DNA from: a virus
Lineage: Duplodnaviria; Caudoviricetes
Direction: 5' to 3' (one strand)
Virus record (IMG/VR): IMGVR_UViG_3300048854_000069
Span: 1 to 48,764 of that record
Length of the DNA: 48,764 bases
Shown here: piece after piece, positions 36,007 through 44,099 of the stretch
Numbering within the stretch: the stretch's first letter is position 1
Layout of the letters: the number at the start of each line of letters is the position of its first letter
Position numbers and translations under genes: made by a program
Notes under the pieces: generated by a model
Seen by the model: only the letters and a program-made list of their open reading frames with translations
Database searches by the model: none
Told to the model about the DNA's origin: nothing

Positions 36007-36779
36007 GCGGCCTCCTGGTCATGGAATCGGCCTTCGCGAATCTTTGCGAAGTTCTCGGCTTTGCAAATCCAATCCAACCCTGGCGTAAAAGGCTTTTTAT
36101 TCGCTCCGCTTACTTTCCCGGTCAAAAACGGAGACGAGCCGATGTAATCGAAGAATCGCTTCCACCAATCCAAATTTTGGCGTTTCGCGTCCTCGTTCCA
36201 GCGCACACGCAAGTGCTCAGCGCGCGCCGGAGTCCAATCTCGAATCACAGGACTCGTCGGCAAAAGTTCGTGGTACAGAGCAAGAATTTCCTGATGCGGA
36301 CAAACTGGCTTTTCAGGACGAGCACGTTTCGGCTGATGGTCGTCAGCTTGGCTGGCGACAACCAACACGTCAGTGTTGGTTAGGTTGTTCCCTTCCTTTC
36401 CCTTCCCTTCCCTTCCATCAATGAGTGCTCCGTGAGTGGTGTCGGAGTGCTCATTGCCAGACGGCATAGGTAGACCGGATTTCGATGGGCGGTTGATAAC
36501 TTGGTGCCGAGTGAAACCCTTGATGTGCAAGTACTTCTCTCCATTCACTGCATACTCAATGAGCACTCCTTGAGCAATCAACTCCTGAACCAATGGCTCA
36601 CAGTCCATCGCATCAGCAGGGAAGATTTGCATCTTCAGTTTCTTCGCCGAACGCTGAAGATTTCCGTTGTCGTCAGCAAAATTCCATGTGCCGATGAAAA
36701 ATAAACGAGCACTCAATGAGCACTCCGTGAGCTTTTCATCTGTCCAGAAATCAGGTTTGATGGTGCGAATGCGTGCCAC
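36003..36779 (-). CDS. Replication initiator protein
   Basis: MARIRTIKP.FW N-terminus, REGKGKEG linker, C-terminal F.KI.EG; GTG start with GGGAG RBS; upstream of dnaB. Confidence 0.85.
   Translation of the reverse strand: MARIRTIKPDFWTDEKLTECSLSARLFFIGTWNFADDNGNLQRSAKKLKMQIFPADAMDCEPLVQELIAQGVLIEYAVNGEKYLHIKGFTRHQVINRPSKSGLPMPSGNEHSDTTHGALIDGREGKGKEGNNLTNTDVLVVASQADDHQPKRARPEKPVCPHQEILALYHELLPTSPVIRDWTPARAEHLRVRWNEDAKRQNLDWWKRFFDYIGSSPFLTGKVSGANKKPFTPGLDWICKAENFAKIREGRFHDQEAA
36419..36731. repeat. Probable origin iterons inside the initiator gene
   Basis: CAATGAG(C/T)(A/G)CTCC at about 36419, 36444 (inverted), 36557 and 36715. Confidence 0.6.
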
Positions 36780-36780
36780 G

Positions 36781-36936
36781 TTACTTGCTCCCGATAGTGC
36801 GCACGAGCGACCGGCATAACAGGTGCACCTGTTGCTGCTTTGCCGCCTTTGTCTTCAGACGCGCTACGTTCTTCGCCATATCCATCTGTTGGCGTTTCGT
36901 ATCGGTTTCTTGAGAAAATAGGTCGGGCGCGTTCAT
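36781..36936 (-). CDS. Small hypothetical protein (51 aa)
   Basis: ATGA overlap; fills the gap before the initiator. Confidence 0.55.
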   Translation of the reverse strand: MNAPDLFSQETDTKRQQMDMAKNVARLKTKAAKQQQVHLLCRSLVRTIGSK

Positions 36937-37247
36937 GCGGCCACCTTCGGCAGCCCAAGAAGCTGCTGCGGCTTGCCCGTGGCGACGCACATCGTTTCGC
37001 CCAGCACGGCCAGCCGCTTCGCATCAAGGAGTTCGCGCACGCGGCCGCATACGCTGGAGAGGCGCATGTTTGTAATGGCCGCGATTTCTTCGCGCGTGAA
37101 AGTGCCGATGCCGGGAGCGATGTCGTCAAAGCACGCCATGACCTGCTTCTGGCGCGCTGACAACTCCCTCACGGAAATCGAGTGGAACGACGCCTGTTGA
37201 GTGGCAGCGACCCGATGCCCGGAGATCGGGCTGAAAAAATCGTCCAT
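36933..37247 (-). CDS. Winged-HTH protein
   Basis: TREEIA....MRLSSVCGRV.EL; AGGAG RBS. Confidence 0.7.
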   Translation of the reverse strand: MDDFFSPISGHRVAATQQASFHSISVRELSARQKQVMACFDDIAPGIGTFTREEIAAITNMRLSSVCGRVRELLDAKRLAVLGETMCVATGKPQQLLGLPKVAA

Positions 37248-37336
37248 CGTGGGAACTCCTGCATTTAGCAGTGCAAATCGAACAGAAGCGGTTTCTCGAT
37301 TGAAACGGCTTGTGTTTGATCTCTTCCCGACGCTGC

Positions 37337-37597
37337 TTACCGCCCTGCTACGCGCCCACACTCGTAGGAGACGCCGACGCTTGCCATCACTGTCAGCGCG
37401 CTCAGTCGTTGTGTTGAGATCAACTCGACGCCGGCAAGCCGAAGCATTGCCTTGATCTGGTCGAATCGGAAACCGCGTTGGCCTGAAAGGAAGCGGGATG
37501 TTTCCGAAGAATCGATCTTCAGTTCATCCATCGCGCGCTTGCTTTCAGGTCCGCGCAGCAGGTTGGCAATAATTTCTGTCGGATCAGGCTCAGTCAT
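37337..37597 (-). CDS. CII-like transcriptional regulator
   Basis: Downstream of cro; D.SE.SRFLSG HTH-like segment; GGGGAG RBS. Confidence 0.6.
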   Translation of the reverse strand: MTEPDPTEIIANLLRGPESKRAMDELKIDSSETSRFLSGQRGFRFDQIKAMLRLAGVELISTQRLSALTVMASVGVSYECGRVAGR

Positions 37598-37660
37598 GGC
37601 ACTTCACTCCCCGTCAAAATGTGCTGCGCCCTTTTGAGCGTCAGCGTGGTTAAAGTTGGA

Positions 37661-37864
37661 TCAAGCAGAAGAAACAGAGACAGGCTCTTCGACTTCCAGC
37701 AACAAATCCTCGAGTTTTTTGACGATCTCGTAGGACGTGCGCTTACCTCGCGTTCCCTTGTAAAGGTGCGAGATGGTGGACTGAGAGATCCCGGTTCGGC
37801 GCTGAATCTCAGATTGATTCAGGCCTCGGGTCAGAAGTCGTTCGATTAGGGTCTGTGCGTTCAT
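37661..37864 (-). CDS. cro: Cro-like HTH repressor
   Basis: GLNQSEI.RRTGISQSTISHL XRE HTH; divergent from cI. Confidence 0.85.
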   Translation of the reverse strand: MNAQTLIERLLTRGLNQSEIQRRTGISQSTISHLYKGTRGKRTSYEIVKKLEDLLLEVEEPVSVSSA

Positions 37865-37939
37865 GTACTTGAGCATATTGCATTTGTACTCGATGCGCAA
37901 GTACCAAAACACTTGACTAGCGATATTACAATTGCAATT
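37865..37939. promoter_or_regulatory. oR: divergent pR/pRM with three 14-bp operators
   Basis: ATTGCATTTGTACT (37877), degenerate AGTACCAAAACACT (37900), ATTACAATTGCAAT (37925); minus-strand TTGCGC-N17-TATGCT; plus-strand TACAAT at 37927. Confidence 0.75.
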
Positions 37940-38521
37940 ATGAAAACCCTATCTGACCGCGTGCTTAACCGGCGCACCGAACTGAAAATGTCTCAGGCAG
38001 ACCTAGCAAAGGCGTCGGGCATTTCTCAGTCGACCATCGCGCAGATCGAGTCAGGTCGGAACAAAGGATCGAAGCATTTGTTGGCGTTGGCAGATGCCTT
38101 GATGGTTGAAGCTCGTTGGCTGCAGCACGGCGGCCGAGCGGCAATGGAAGAACTGCGCGAAGCGGTTGTGCCTCATATTCCGGATGACGACCTGTCAAGA
38201 ACGATGCAAGAACTCAATGCCGCAGTTCACGGTTTTCCAAGCAGGTTTTCGCCCACCGTTGCAGTTCTGCTTCGAATGTTGATCGAATCGATTGAGGCCG
38301 GCGTTCCTGCAGTACGTCTTCAGGCAATCCAAGCAATGTTCGAGGCTCTACTCGATGCTCAGAAGGCAAAAATGCCCTCAGATCGATCAATCGAGTCTGA
38401 AGCCCCCGCTTCAAAATCTGAACAAGTGTCGAAAGGTCGAGCCGGGGTGAAAGCCGCGCTGCCTGAAACCGAAAATTCAGATAAAAGTGGCCATGAGAGA
38501 CGAACCGGGACAGAGCGATGA
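37940..38521 (+). CDS. cI: CI-like repressor (XRE HTH; no recognisable S24 peptidase domain)
   Basis: MSQADLAKASGISQSTIAQIESG HTH; helical, low-complexity C-terminus. Confidence 0.8.
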   Translation: MKTLSDRVLNRRTELKMSQADLAKASGISQSTIAQIESGRNKGSKHLLALADALMVEARWLQHGGRAAMEELREAVVPHIPDDDLSRTMQELNAAVHGFPSRFSPTVAVLLRMLIESIEAGVPAVRLQAIQAMFEALLDAQKAKMPSDRSIESEAPASKSEQVSKGRAGVKAALPETENSDKSGHERRTGTER

Positions 38522-38729
38522 CAACGTCATTGAGCTTGCAACATTTCGCAGGCCTGCAGCGGCAAAACAGCGAGAAGAGCGCAAATCATCAATACATATC
38601 GATGTAGACGACGCAGGCGAACTTGATTGCACGCCCCTTCGCGTGCACCCTGATCACGCTCTGACGCTATTGTCAGCATGCATTGAACTGTCCGGCCATT
38701 TACTGGACGTGTACTCGCACCGAAGATAG
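38493..38729 (+). CDS. Small protein overlapping the cI 3' end
   Basis: DNVIELATFRR motif typical of small phage regulators. Confidence 0.55.
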   Translation: MRDEPGQSDDNVIELATFRRPAAAKQREERKSSIHIDVDDAGELDCTPLRVHPDHALTLLSACIELSGHLLDVYSHRR

Positions 38730-38738
38730 CCACTTAAA

Positions 38739-39152
38739 ATGAAAAAAATCGGTTTGTTGTCAAAAATCAATGCCGGAGTAGCCGTCTCAGCAGCAATGCT
38801 GTTGGCGGGTCCCGCGCACGCCGATGTGCTGGTGAACGACCAGGTGCTGCCGCTGATGGAAAAAATCCCAACGCATGATGGCTGGACGCTTGCGGACTTT
38901 AAGCGGCGTAATCACCTCAAAATTTTATCGGCTCTTGCAGGTCCTGCGGAGCCCGAGGAGAACCTGCGTCCAACCGACTACGTGATCGACGTCATGTTCG
39001 ACCGGACCGAAAACTTCGACGACTTTCCCTGCGACCTCAAGCACATCGCCGGCGGTGGCTACGCGCGCTATGTGAAGCGCGGCAAGAAGTATCTGCCGGA
39101 CGCCCCACTCGCGGAATACCTGACGACCGGTCGCTGCCCGACAAAAGATTAG
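38739..39152 (+). CDS. Exported protein in the immunity operon
   Basis: Signal peptide ending AHA; two Cys. Confidence 0.65.
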   Translation: MKKIGLLSKINAGVAVSAAMLLAGPAHADVLVNDQVLPLMEKIPTHDGWTLADFKRRNHLKILSALAGPAEPEENLRPTDYVIDVMFDRTENFDDFPCDLKHIAGGGYARYVKRGKKYLPDAPLAEYLTTGRCPTKD

Positions 39153-39234
39153 CGGGCCAAATCTCAACGCGCCTCAAACAGCGTAAAGCAGCCTTCGATC
39201 CACATAAGCCACAAATTCGCTGTTACAAATTTCA

Positions 39235-39276
39235 GTTGCAATTGTACTTGCGCTTATTAAGTACATTTGCAATACT
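39235..39276 (+). promoter_or_regulatory. Early promoter pL1 with two repressor operators
   Basis: TTGCGC-N17-AATACT overlapped by GTTGCAATTGTACT (39235) and AGTACATTTGCAAT (39260). Confidence 0.8.
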
Positions 39277-39315
39277 ACGTCCATGCGCTGAACAGTTCGG
39301 TGCACGGAGGGTGAG

Positions 39316-39612
39316 ATGAAAGCAGCAACGGTCGTAGAAGTTGAGCGCATGCAGCAACCCGTTTTCGACAGCGAGCAGTCTGCTGGCGATGACCGGGCCG
39401 ACGCAGAAGCCGAAGTGAAGGCTAAGGCGCATGAAGCAGTTCGGTTTATTGACATCATCGACGAGCTGACGGAAACAGACGAAATGATGCTGATCAACCG
39501 AATCCAGCAGTGCCGGAAAGGCGCCGCGCATGACGTTTTTAAGATTTTCAGCGCAGCGCACGACCGAGCAGTGAAATCAGTTGCCGCAAGCATTGCGAAA
39601 GCGTCCAACTGA
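39316..39612 (+). CDS. Hypothetical protein
   Basis: GGAGG RBS; first gene after pL1. Confidence 0.7.
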   Translation: MKAATVVEVERMQQPVFDSEQSAGDDRADAEAEVKAKAHEAVRFIDIIDELTETDEMMLINRIQQCRKGAAHDVFKIFSAAHDRAVKSVAASIAKASN

Positions 39613-39713
39613 AAAACGAATGCAGGACGTTTGCAGTTGCCAGTTCGGGGAGCTGGCAGCGACAAGCGCCTTGCGGTCAGTAGTACTGATGTCTTACCAA
39701 CACAAGGAAAACC

Positions 39714-40985
39714 ATGACAACCGAACTTGTAGTACCGGACAAGATCGAATCCGCATCAAGCCAGTTGATCACGATCGAGCCCAAGAAATACGTAGAACTG
39801 GTATTTGCTCCGTTTAAGACGAAGCTCGCTGCGGCAATTGAAGCAGATTCCGAAGTGAGGTTTGACATCACCACAACGGCAGGGATGGCTGTTGCTGTAA
39901 AACGGCGTGCGGTCTTTCGCGATGAGATCCGAATTGCAACAGAAGCAGCGCGCAAAGAGCGCAAAGCCCCGATTCTCGAAATCGGGAAGTTGCTCGACGA
40001 GGGCGCAAAGAAGATCTTTGCTCAGGCCGAGCCATATGAATCGAAGTACGACGATCTGATCACCGCCGAAATACGTCGTAAGGAAGCGATCAAGATCGAG
40101 CAGCGCCGTGTCGAGGAAGAGCGCCAGGCAAAGATTCAAGCAGCCATCGACGACATTAAGGCTTTCGCCGTTCGTGTCGCGGGGAAGTCATCAGCTGAAA
40201 TTGACAAAGCATCGGTCGAACTTGATTTTTTTGAGATCGCTTACGAAAGATTTGGAGATCGTACCGGCGAGGCAAGTCTTGCTAAATCGAACACCATTCA
40301 AAAGCTGTCTGAGATGCATGACGAAGCGCTGGCGCGCGAGCAGGAAGCAGCGCGTGTAGCCGCGCAGCTGGAAGCCGACCGGATCGAGCGCGAACGCGTG
40401 GCCGAAGCGAACCGCGCCGAGTCCGATCGCCTGGCGAAGCTGGCACGCGAAATCGAAGAGCGTGACGCCGCCGCACGGGCCGAAGAGGATCAGCGCAACC
40501 GTGCTGCCGCCGAAGCGCGCGCCAAGGCCGACAAGGAAGCCGAAGATCGACGCGCAGAACAGGACCGCATTGCTGAAGCGAACCGCGTCGCCGCACAGAA
40601 GATACTCGACGATCAAGCCGCCGCACTTCGCGCCCAGCAAGAAGCCGCCGACAAGGTTGCACGGGATGCGCGCGAAGCCGAGGAAAAGAAAGCGGCCGAG
40701 GCGCGCGCCGAGGAAGAACGGATTGCGCGCGAAGCACGCGAGGCAGAACAACGCAGACTGGACGCTGAAGCAGGCGAAGCTCGCAGAATCGAACAGGAAG
40801 CTGCAGATGCTGAGCGCGCGGCTGAAGAAGCAAAGCATGCCGCTGACAAAAAATTGCGTGACGCCGCGCCTTTGTTGCTTGCTGCCCTTGAAGAACTTCT
40901 TGCTTATGGCCTAAAGATGAGTGCAAAGCATGAAGCTCCGTCATTCCAAAGAGCTCGCGATGCGATCGCAGCTGCCACTATTTAA
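39714..40985 (+). CDS. Long coiled-coil protein preceding the recombination genes
   Basis: E/A/R-rich heptads; RKE.KAPILE.GKLLD motif; AAGGA RBS. Confidence 0.75.
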   Translation: MTTELVVPDKIESASSQLITIEPKKYVELVFAPFKTKLAAAIEADSEVRFDITTTAGMAVAVKRRAVFRDEIRIATEAARKERKAPILEIGKLLDEGAKKIFAQAEPYESKYDDLITAEIRRKEAIKIEQRRVEEERQAKIQAAIDDIKAFAVRVAGKSSAEIDKASVELDFFEIAYERFGDRTGEASLAKSNTIQKLSEMHDEALAREQEAARVAAQLEADRIERERVAEANRAESDRLAKLAREIEERDAAARAEEDQRNRAAAEARAKADKEAEDRRAEQDRIAEANRVAAQKILDDQAAALRAQQEAADKVARDAREAEEKKAAEARAEEERIAREAREAEQRRLDAEAGEARRIEQEAADAERAAEEAKHAADKKLRDAAPLLLAALEELLAYGLKMSAKHEAPSFQRARDAIAAATI

Positions 40986-41000
40986 TCACCAGGAGCCGAG

Positions 41001-42119
41001 ATGGCCGATACCGATACACGTTCGTTGAGCACAATCGTTTCCGAACCCGAGATGCCACGCGAAGACACCAGCAGTGCAGCACTGATTTTGTCCGGTGACG
41101 CGATGGATCGTGCAATCAAATTCGCTGACCTCATGGCCACTGGTCGGTCGACGGTGCCAAAGCATCTGCAGGGCAACCGTGGCGACTGCCTAGCTGTAAC
41201 GATTCAGGCCATGCAGTGGGGAATGATGCCGTTCGCCGTTGCGCAGAAAACGCATGTAGTGAGCGGCACACTCGGTTACGAGGCTCAGCTTGTCAATGCC
41301 GTTATCACCGCGCGTGCTCCAGTCACTGGCCGCATGAACTACGAATGGTTCGGTGATTGGGACAAGATCGCAGGACGCTTTAAAGAAATACCCGCGAAGA
41401 ACAATCCGGGTGAGATGCGCATCGTCAAGGACTGGACGATTAAGGATGAGGAAGGCCTTGGCGTGCGGGTATGGGCGACATTCAAGGGCGAAGCCGAACC
41501 GCGCGAACTGCGCTTATTGCTTGCGCAAGCCGGCGTTCGAAACTCTCCGCTGTGGGGGCAAGATCCGAAGCAGCAACTTGCATACCTTGCTGTTAAGCGC
41601 TGGTCACGTCTGTATTGTCCGGACGTGATTCTCGGCGTCTATACCCCCGACGAACTAGAAGAGCGCGCACCGCGCGACATGGGTAAAGCCGATGTGTTGC
41701 AGCCGGATCAGCCTGTTGCGTCCGACGAGTTACTTCGCCAAGCACAGTCCGCAGCTGATAAAGGCGTTGGCGAGTATCAAAAGTTCTGGTCGGCGACGAG
41801 TAAAGAGAATCGGAAATTGCTCGCGGGCGAGCACGAAGCGCTGAAGCGAACCGCTATCGACGCAGACAGAAACCGCACCGTTGATAACGTCACCGACGTT
41901 GATGACAAGCCAGCAACCAGTACCGCTCAGACTGCCAGTGCGCCCGCGATTAGTGCAGACGAAGTGTCCGCCAATATGGCAAACGCTGCAGAACGCAACG
42001 ATATGGAGAGTCTTCTCGCTGCTGCCGACATGATCCGGGCAGTGACCGATGAGCAGCAGCGCACGAAGCTCAGCAAGCAGTTTGCGGAATTGCGTGAGCA
42101 ACTTGAGGGAGCACAGTAA
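41001..42119 (+). CDS. recT: RecT-family single-strand annealing protein
   Basis: VP.HL.G..GDC.A...QA.QWGM.PFAVAQKT...G.LGYEAQL, W..DP.QQL.Y and GVYTPDE motifs. Confidence 0.85.
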   Translation: MADTDTRSLSTIVSEPEMPREDTSSAALILSGDAMDRAIKFADLMATGRSTVPKHLQGNRGDCLAVTIQAMQWGMMPFAVAQKTHVVSGTLGYEAQLVNAVITARAPVTGRMNYEWFGDWDKIAGRFKEIPAKNNPGEMRIVKDWTIKDEEGLGVRVWATFKGEAEPRELRLLLAQAGVRNSPLWGQDPKQQLAYLAVKRWSRLYCPDVILGVYTPDELEERAPRDMGKADVLQPDQPVASDELLRQAQSAADKGVGEYQKFWSATSKENRKLLAGEHEALKRTAIDADRNRTVDNVTDVDDKPATSTAQTASAPAISADEVSANMANAAERNDMESLLAAADMIRAVTDEQQRTKLSKQFAELREQLEGAQ

Positions 42120-42754
42120 TGAAATTGATTCACTGTGAACAAGGTAGTCCGGAATGGCACGCAGCTCGCGCCGGGTGTATCACCGCGTCCATGTTCAAAG
42201 TCGCGCGATCACGTCTCAAGAAAGATAACCGACCCACTGAGGCTGCGCTTAACTATGCGTTCCGGACAGCAGTCGAGCGGATCGCTGGTGCTCCCCTTGA
42301 TGAGGGGTTTGAGACATGGCAGATGCGACGCGGACATGATCTGGAACCGGCTGCACGCCTGGCTCACGAAACGTCCGCTGGCGTCATGGTGCAGAGAGCT
42401 GGATTCGTGACGACCGATGATGGGTTGTTTGGCGCCAGCGCCGACGGACTGATTGACGAGGACGGAGGCAGCGAATACAAGTGCCTTGTGTCACCCGAAG
42501 GCCTGCGTGACGTTCTTTTAGCCGATGACATCTCGGAGTTCGCCGACCAGATCCAAGGTTGCATGTGGATAACGGGCCGGAAGTACTGGCACTTTGCGCT
42601 CTACTGCCCAGCTCTTGAATCTATCGGAAAGGAATTGTACTGGCGTCGAATCGAACGCGACGACGACTACATTGAAGCGCTAGAGGTAGACCTCATGCAG
42701 TTTGCGGCTTTGGTTAGCGAGTACGAGCGAACGCTTAGGTATCAGGCGGCATAG
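42119..42754 (+). CDS. YqaJ / lambda-exonuclease-family 5'-3' exonuclease
   Basis: QGSPEWH.AR.G.ITAS, RG..LEP.AR, GAS.DGL, EYKC and Q.QG.MW motifs. Confidence 0.9.
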   Translation: MKLIHCEQGSPEWHAARAGCITASMFKVARSRLKKDNRPTEAALNYAFRTAVERIAGAPLDEGFETWQMRRGHDLEPAARLAHETSAGVMVQRAGFVTTDDGLFGASADGLIDEDGGSEYKCLVSPEGLRDVLLADDISEFADQIQGCMWITGRKYWHFALYCPALESIGKELYWRRIERDDDYIEALEVDLMQFAALVSEYERTLRYQAA

Positions 42755-42838
42755 TTTCCCGAGGTTTCCGGTGATCCATAGCGTGCGCTTGCGTGCGCCA
42801 AAACCGGCCAAACTTATTTTCGAGTAGTATCAAAAATA

Positions 42839-42880
42839 ATCGCAAATGTACTTGCATTGCATGAGTACATTTGCAATACT
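42839..42880 (+). promoter_or_regulatory. Second early promoter pL2 with two repressor operators
   Basis: TTGCAT-N17-AATACT; ATCGCAAATGTACT (42839) and AGTACATTTGCAAT (42864); same layout as pL1. Confidence 0.8.
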
Positions 42881-42927
42881 TCTCTACATGCACTCAGCCA
42901 CGGTGGCGAGACGAAACGGGAAAAGAA

Positions 42928-43077
42928 ATGAACCGCGCTCAATGCGACAACGATCTGCTTCAAGCGTGCGACCAAATACATGCAAAGACCGCTGTTGCTG
43001 CGGTTATCACTTTAGTAGGCGTGGGCTTTATCTGGTTCTTGTGCGTGGCGATACCAGCGGGAGCTCTTTGGAAATGA
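42928..43077 (+). CDS. Small TM protein
   Basis: MNRAQCDNDLL...single TM; ATGA overlap with the next ORF. Confidence 0.6.
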   Translation: MNRAQCDNDLLQACDQIHAKTAVAAVITLVGVGFIWFLCVAIPAGALWK

Positions 43078-43196
43078 AGCTTTGGCAAATCTGGGCAATC
43101 ACATTTTTAGTCGGCAGCGCGTACCTGATTCTGTGCGCTGAGATTGATTACCGTGCAGCGCGGTCCGAACGCTGTTCCGTTATGCACTGCACTTAA
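43074..43196 (+). CDS. Small TM protein (40 aa)
   Basis: MKLWQIWAITFLVGSAYLILC... Confidence 0.55.
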   Translation: MKLWQIWAITFLVGSAYLILCAEIDYRAARSERCSVMHCT

Positions 43197-43218
43197 CTGC
43201 TCCCGAAAAGGCTCACCC

Positions 43219-43377
43219 ATGAACACACTTCACTTCGCACTCCTTCTCTGGGCATTCGCAGCAACGGCGGTTGTTCTGTTCATCTACGGCGCCGCGATTG
43301 ATGACGGCGGCCACAAGGCACGGCGCGAAGCGGAACAGCGGGACGCCTGGGCGGATCGGATTGCGGCAGGTCAGTAA
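43219..43377 (+). CDS. Small TM protein
   Basis: MNTLHFALLLWAFAATAVVLFIYGA... Confidence 0.6.
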   Translation: MNTLHFALLLWAFAATAVVLFIYGAAIDDGGHKARREAEQRDAWADRIAAGQ

Positions 43378-43472
43378 CGAAGCATCTCCGAATTGATAAC
43401 TGGCCCCGGCTTAACCGGGATGGTGACTCAAGCAGGAGGCGTTATGCAAATGGCGGGAGAAAGCCCCGCAAA

Positions 43473-43524
43473 GATCGAAACCGCTGTGAAGCGGTCTTCC
43501 GGTAGAGCCGGAACTGACGAGATC
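43473..43524 (+). ncRNA. Hammerhead ribozyme, type II topology
   Basis: GATC-GAAA-CCGC(TGTGAA)GCGG-TC^-TTCCGG(TAGAG)CCGGAA-CTGACGA-GATC: all core nucleotides (CUGANGA, GAAA, GUC triplet) and three perfectly paired stems. Confidence 0.9.
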
Positions 43525-43554
43525 GTATCCAACTAACTTCGAGGAGTTACCAAC

Positions 43555-44034
43555 ATGTTTCGCAAAGCAATCGCAGTAGCAGCATTCGCAGTCGTGTTTG
43601 TCGGTCATGCCCAGGCATCGGGCATCGAAGGTGGTGTTGTGGTCGGCGCCGGCGCATCGGCATTCGGCGGCAGCGTGTCCGGTTCTGCATCGAGCATCAG
43701 CAACGGCAACGCGGTAACGGCTGCGCAAGTCGGCGGCACGGGCAAGTCGTTTCAGTCGGCCAACGGTTCGACGGGCGGCACGGCAACCATCGGTGGCACG
43801 GTGAACGCTGGCGGCGCCACGGTCGGCACGAGCACCACGCAGTACAGCAATTCGGCAGTCACGGGTCACGCAGTTGGAAATGCGCCGACGAATGTCGGTG
43901 ATTCGATCGCGAACGGCGGCGCAGCGTATGGCAACACGACCACGGGCGCAGTCGGTACGGCTCAGTTCGCTACCGGTGCAATCGGCGCAGTGGCAGGCAT
44001 TGGCGGTATCGCAGCAATCAACTACGTCCACTAA
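43555..44034 (+). CDS. Secreted Gly/Ala/Ser/Thr-rich protein
   Basis: Sec signal ending AQA; GAGGAG RBS; low-complexity beta-prone mature region with no Cys. Confidence 0.8.
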   Translation: MFRKAIAVAAFAVVFVGHAQASGIEGGVVVGAGASAFGGSVSGSASSISNGNAVTAAQVGGTGKSFQSANGSTGGTATIGGTVNAGGATVGTSTTQYSNSAVTGHAVGNAPTNVGDSIANGGAAYGNTTTGAVGTAQFATGAIGAVAGIGGIAAINYVH

Positions 44035-44099
44035 GCAGCGGACATCCGATCAACAAGGTGCAGGCCGGCTGGAACCCGGCCTGTTCCCCGGAGCCAAAA

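Noticed and set aside
33963-36936. Several genes ending in Ala-Ala (GCCGCATGA/GCAGCATGA)
   Set aside because: A common lambdoid stop/start coupling pattern; a degron role is possible but nothing here supports it specifically.
40300-40860. Low-complexity E/A/R repeats resembling TolA
   Set aside because: Ordinary coiled-coil composition; no TM anchor and no DNA-level tandem repeat.
43395-43435. Possible twister ribozyme upstream of the hammerhead
   Set aside because: A TAA and a CCGG hairpin are present, but the conserved twister P4 loop and pseudoknot pairings could not be found.
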